DNA of 46,286 nt. Origin: Oscillospiraceae bacterium (GTDB lineage Bacteria > Bacillota > Clostridia > Oscillospirales > Ruminococcaceae). Below, piece by piece: positions 43,189 through 46,286 of this stretch. The first letter of the stretch is position 1, and each line of letters begins with the position of its first letter. The notes under the pieces were generated by a model, which worked only from the letters and a program-made list of their open reading frames with translations, was not told the origin of the DNA and did not search any database. A program made the position numbers and the translations under genes. The stretch spans positions 1 to 46,286 of the forward strand of contig JAQXHO010000092.1 of assembly GCA_029007315.1 (NCBI GenBank), written 5' to 3'.

Positions 43189-44482
43189 ACAGATGTTCCA
43201 CAATAAACTTAATTACGGACGAATATCCATACTGGTGCTTATGACGCATTTTATAATGCTGGCTGCGGTGCTTTTCAGGGGCAATTACAAAGAAATTACA
43301 GATATTCTTCCTTTAACGGCAGCAGTGTTTGCGCTTGATATAGCCTATATGTTTGTTATACGCTTTTTTTATAAGCAAATGACCTATACAACAGATTATC
43401 TTCTTCTGCTGATAATGGGCTGCAGCGTTATTTTTCAGTCGTGTTTCGGAAGCGTAGGTTTTGCAATGAAGCATTATATAACCTGTATAGCGGCTCTTGT
43501 ATGCTGTCAGATAATGTTTCTTATTACAAGAAATCATATGCGTATTCTTGCAGTTAAACAATATCTGTATCTTGTTTTAGGTGTGCTTGTTCTGATAACA
43601 ATTTTTCTTACCGGCAGCAGAAGTATGTGGATAAGCATTGGTTCATTGAGCATTCAGCCATCTGAATTTATGAAACCGGTATTCGTTCTGCTGTGTGCAA
43701 CTTCCATTATGGAGCAGCATCACAAAAAGAAGCTTCTTTTATTTTATGTATCAAGAGAGATGATAGCTCTTACAATTGCATTTTTTACTATATTCATTCT
43801 TCAGTGGTGGTGCAGGGATTTAGGAAGCCTTCCTACCTTTGGAGCTGCATATTGCTGTGCCATTATATGCCGAATATGCTATCCAAGAGCAAAATTCTCT
43901 AAAAGCACGCTGATTCTCCTTATTGCTACAGGTGTAACTGCTGTTGCTCTGCTTGCGTTCGCTGCACCTTCATATGTTCAGGACAGACTTTCAGTTGACA
44001 TATGGAAAGATACTTACGGCGACGGATATCAGCAGTGTCAGGCTCTTATTGCAATAGCCGAGGGCGGACTTTTCGGCAAGGGTCCCGGCTACGGAAGACT
44101 TATTAATGTTGCTGCGGCAGATACAGATATTGTCTTTTCAACTATCTGTGAAGAGTGGGGCTTCTTTGTTGCACTGCTTCTTATATTCTTCGTGGTAAGC
44201 CTTCTTATTCTGCCTATGATCAACAAGCCGAGAAGCTACTTCCATGCAACTATGATAATGAGTGTGGCGGCTGTATTTGTAGTACAGATGGGGCTGAATA
44301 TCTTTGGCTCATGTAATCTTATTCCATTTACAGGAGTTACTATACCCTTTATCTCACAGGGCGGAAGCTCAATGCTTGTCTGCGGAATGCTCACAGGTAT
44401 GCTGAAGGCAGGACAATCTCCGGTTTTCCGAAGACCTGACGCAGCGCAGAATATCAGCAGAAGAAGGGAGAGAACAGCATGA
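43181..44482 (+). CDS. FtsW/RodA/SpoVE (SEDS) glycosyltransferase
   Basis: Polytopic; SIQPSEFMK, DLG, GYQ..Q...AI..GG.FGKG, TD.VF...EE.G, P.TGVT.PFISQGGSS. Confidence 0.92.
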   Translation: MYKQMFHNKLNYGRISILVLMTHFIMLAAVLFRGNYKEITDILPLTAAVFALDIAYMFVIRFFYKQMTYTTDYLLLLIMGCSVIFQSCFGSVGFAMKHYITCIAALVCCQIMFLITRNHMRILAVKQYLYLVLGVLVLITIFLTGSRSMWISIGSLSIQPSEFMKPVFVLLCATSIMEQHHKKKLLLFYVSREMIALTIAFFTIFILQWWCRDLGSLPTFGAAYCCAIICRICYPRAKFSKSTLILLIATGVTAVALLAFAAPSYVQDRLSVDIWKDTYGDGYQQCQALIAIAEGGLFGKGPGYGRLINVAAADTDIVFSTICEEWGFFVALLLIFFVVSLLILPMINKPRSYFHATMIMSVAAVFVVQMGLNIFGSCNLIPFTGVTIPFISQGGSSMLVCGMLTGMLKAGQSPVFRRPDAAQNISRRRERTA

Positions 44483-45837
44483 AACGCAAAGACATGAAGA
44501 GCATTAAAAGAGGAGAAAGGCTTACCAAGCTGTTAATAGCTGTATTTCTTACCGGAATGTGCATTCTCGTATTCAAGGTGGTAACTGAAGCGTCATTCTA
44601 CATGGAACATTCAAAAAACGTTTCTTATGGCTGTGTATATGATCGTAACGGAGATGTGCTTTTCGATCCCGACGCTGATAAAAATACATATAAGGAAGAC
44701 CATTTCATAGATGTAGGCAATCTTATTGGGGATAACAGCGGAATGATGACAAATACTCTCGTATCGGAAAATCTTTCGCTGCTTTCAAACTATGACCCGG
44801 TATTCGGAGTTATGGAAAACGGAAAAAGTTCGGTCTATACATCCCTTGATCATGAAGCGAACCGAACAGTGTATAATGCTTTCGGAAACAGAAACGGAAC
44901 GGCAATTGCCTATAATTACAAAACCGGCGAGATACTTGTATGTGTAAGCAAGCCAAATATAAATATTCTTGATTACGGAGATGTGGAAAACCTGCCTTCC
45001 GGAAGTCTTATCTGCAAGGCGTTTTACAGCACCGTTCCCGGTTCCACACAAAAAGTTTCTACTCTTGCGGCAGCCATTGAACAAATGGGCTTTGACGCTG
45101 TATCACAGAAGAGATATTCCTGCGAGGGCGTATATTATAATAAATATAAAAACAGGATCTCCTGCCATAAACTTTCCGGACACGGAACCCAGGATATCTT
45201 TACAGCATTCCAGAACAGCTGCAATCCGTTTTTTGCGCAGCTTGTTGAGGATATGAATCTGGAACAGATAATTGAAACATATAAAAAAATGGGATACTCT
45301 GTCAATGGTTCAAAAGCGCCGGATCTGGAGATAGATGGAATTTCCGTTTTCAGAGGAAGTACAGAGCTTACTGATGTAAATGATTTCGATACTCAGTGGG
45401 GCTGTATGGGACAAAGCAGAACAGAGGTCAGCCCATGTCAGCTTATGATGTGGCAGAGCGCAATTGCAAACCGTTCAAATTCAGTTACGATGCCGTATCT
45501 GATCACACATACGCAAAATATGTTTGGAGAAGAAAAAAATAAAGCCGAAACCACATATGAGTTATCGGGATTTTCCGCTGAAACTGCTGCATACATCCGT
45601 GAAGTAATGATTGAAAACGGAAAAGTGAAGTATAACAGCAAGGTAGGATATAAAATTGGTGCAAAGAGCGGAACTGCACAGGTGAAAAACGGTGCTTCCG
45701 AGAACAACCTCCTTGTTGGATTTGTTGATGATGAATCACTTCCGATAGCATTCTGTGTTGTTATAGAAGATAATGCACAATGGTATTTAACTACTGAATC
45801 AATAGTATCAACAATGCTTTCCGCGCTTTCAAAATAA
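44479..45837 (+). CDS. Class B penicillin-binding protein (PbpA-like transpeptidase)
   Basis: YDRNG; STQK, SCN, KSG motifs; ATGA overlap with the SEDS gene. Confidence 0.88.
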   Translation: MKRKDMKSIKRGERLTKLLIAVFLTGMCILVFKVVTEASFYMEHSKNVSYGCVYDRNGDVLFDPDADKNTYKEDHFIDVGNLIGDNSGMMTNTLVSENLSLLSNYDPVFGVMENGKSSVYTSLDHEANRTVYNAFGNRNGTAIAYNYKTGEILVCVSKPNINILDYGDVENLPSGSLICKAFYSTVPGSTQKVSTLAAAIEQMGFDAVSQKRYSCEGVYYNKYKNRISCHKLSGHGTQDIFTAFQNSCNPFFAQLVEDMNLEQIIETYKKMGYSVNGSKAPDLEIDGISVFRGSTELTDVNDFDTQWGCMGQSRTEVSPCQLMMWQSAIANRSNSVTMPYLITHTQNMFGEEKNKAETTYELSGFSAETAAYIREVMIENGKVKYNSKVGYKIGAKSGTAQVKNGASENNLLVGFVDDESLPIAFCVVIEDNAQWYLTTESIVSTMLSALSK

Positions 45838-45866
45838 ATGATTATGTAATATGAGGCGGTGTATAT

Positions 45867-46178
45867 ATGGCTTCAACTAAAGAATATCTGTACTACATAT
45901 TAGAACAGCTGTCCGGACTGAATGAAATAACATATCGAGCCATGATGGGTGAATATATACTATATTATAAGGGTAGAATTATCGGCGGGATATATGATGA
46001 CAGGCTGCTTATAAAGCCGGTAAAGTCTGCTCTGCGCCTTATTCCTGAAGCTTCGTATGAGAAGCCCTGCGAAGGTGCAAAGGATATGATTTTAGTGGAT
46101 TGTATTGATGACAGGGAATTTCTGAATATGCTTTTTGAAGCTATGTTTGATGATTTGCCTGACAGAAAGAAAAGGTAA
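45867..46178 (+). CDS. TfoX/Sxy N-terminal domain protein
   Basis: MAS..EYL.YILEQL..L..ITYR.MMGEYILYY.G.I.GGIYDDRLL.K; RBS GAGG. Confidence 0.85.
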   Translation: MASTKEYLYYILEQLSGLNEITYRAMMGEYILYYKGRIIGGIYDDRLLIKPVKSALRLIPEASYEKPCEGAKDMILVDCIDDREFLNMLFEAMFDDLPDRKKR

Positions 46179-46286
46179 TTTAAGACGTTAGTTGCCGTAA
46201 TATTCTGTTATACAATAAATGAAGCTTAGATTTTTACAATAAATAATAAGAAAAAAGCTGTTATGGATCAAAAAACATACAGCTTT

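Overview
A 46.3-kb chromosomal window from a low-GC Firmicute, most likely a cellulolytic Ruminococcus-like member of the Oscillospiraceae. This is inferred from four dockerin-bearing secreted proteins, CE2 and GH43 hemicellulases and near-consensus sigmaA promoters. It carries two tRNAs (Leu-GAG, Ser-GGA), housekeeping genes (fba, dtd, glgA, cobB-like sirtuin, hpf/raiA), a heterodimeric ABC exporter, a tandem COG0523 pair with an ABC-F ATPase, a cadC-cadA metal-efflux unit, a large soluble hybrid kinase and an FHA-RodA-PBP cluster. I saw no integrase, transposase or CRISPR array. The best leads are: (1) a ~180-nt rod-like structured RNA beginning at the predicted hpf transcription start that does not resemble the raiA motif; (2) a TetM/EF-G-like GTPase fused to a YacP/Rae1-type NYN nuclease; (3) two Thr-linker dockerin proteins with divergent cohesin-like domains (candidate adaptor scaffoldins); (4) a Zn-ribbon/TPR/TM/RCC1-like protein that appears to have lost its family's TIR domain; (5) a 12-codon uORF coupled to glgA, a probable ATA start for the ABC-F gene, and a duplicated-promoter palindromic element. 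All family assignments come from motif recognition by eye, not database searches.
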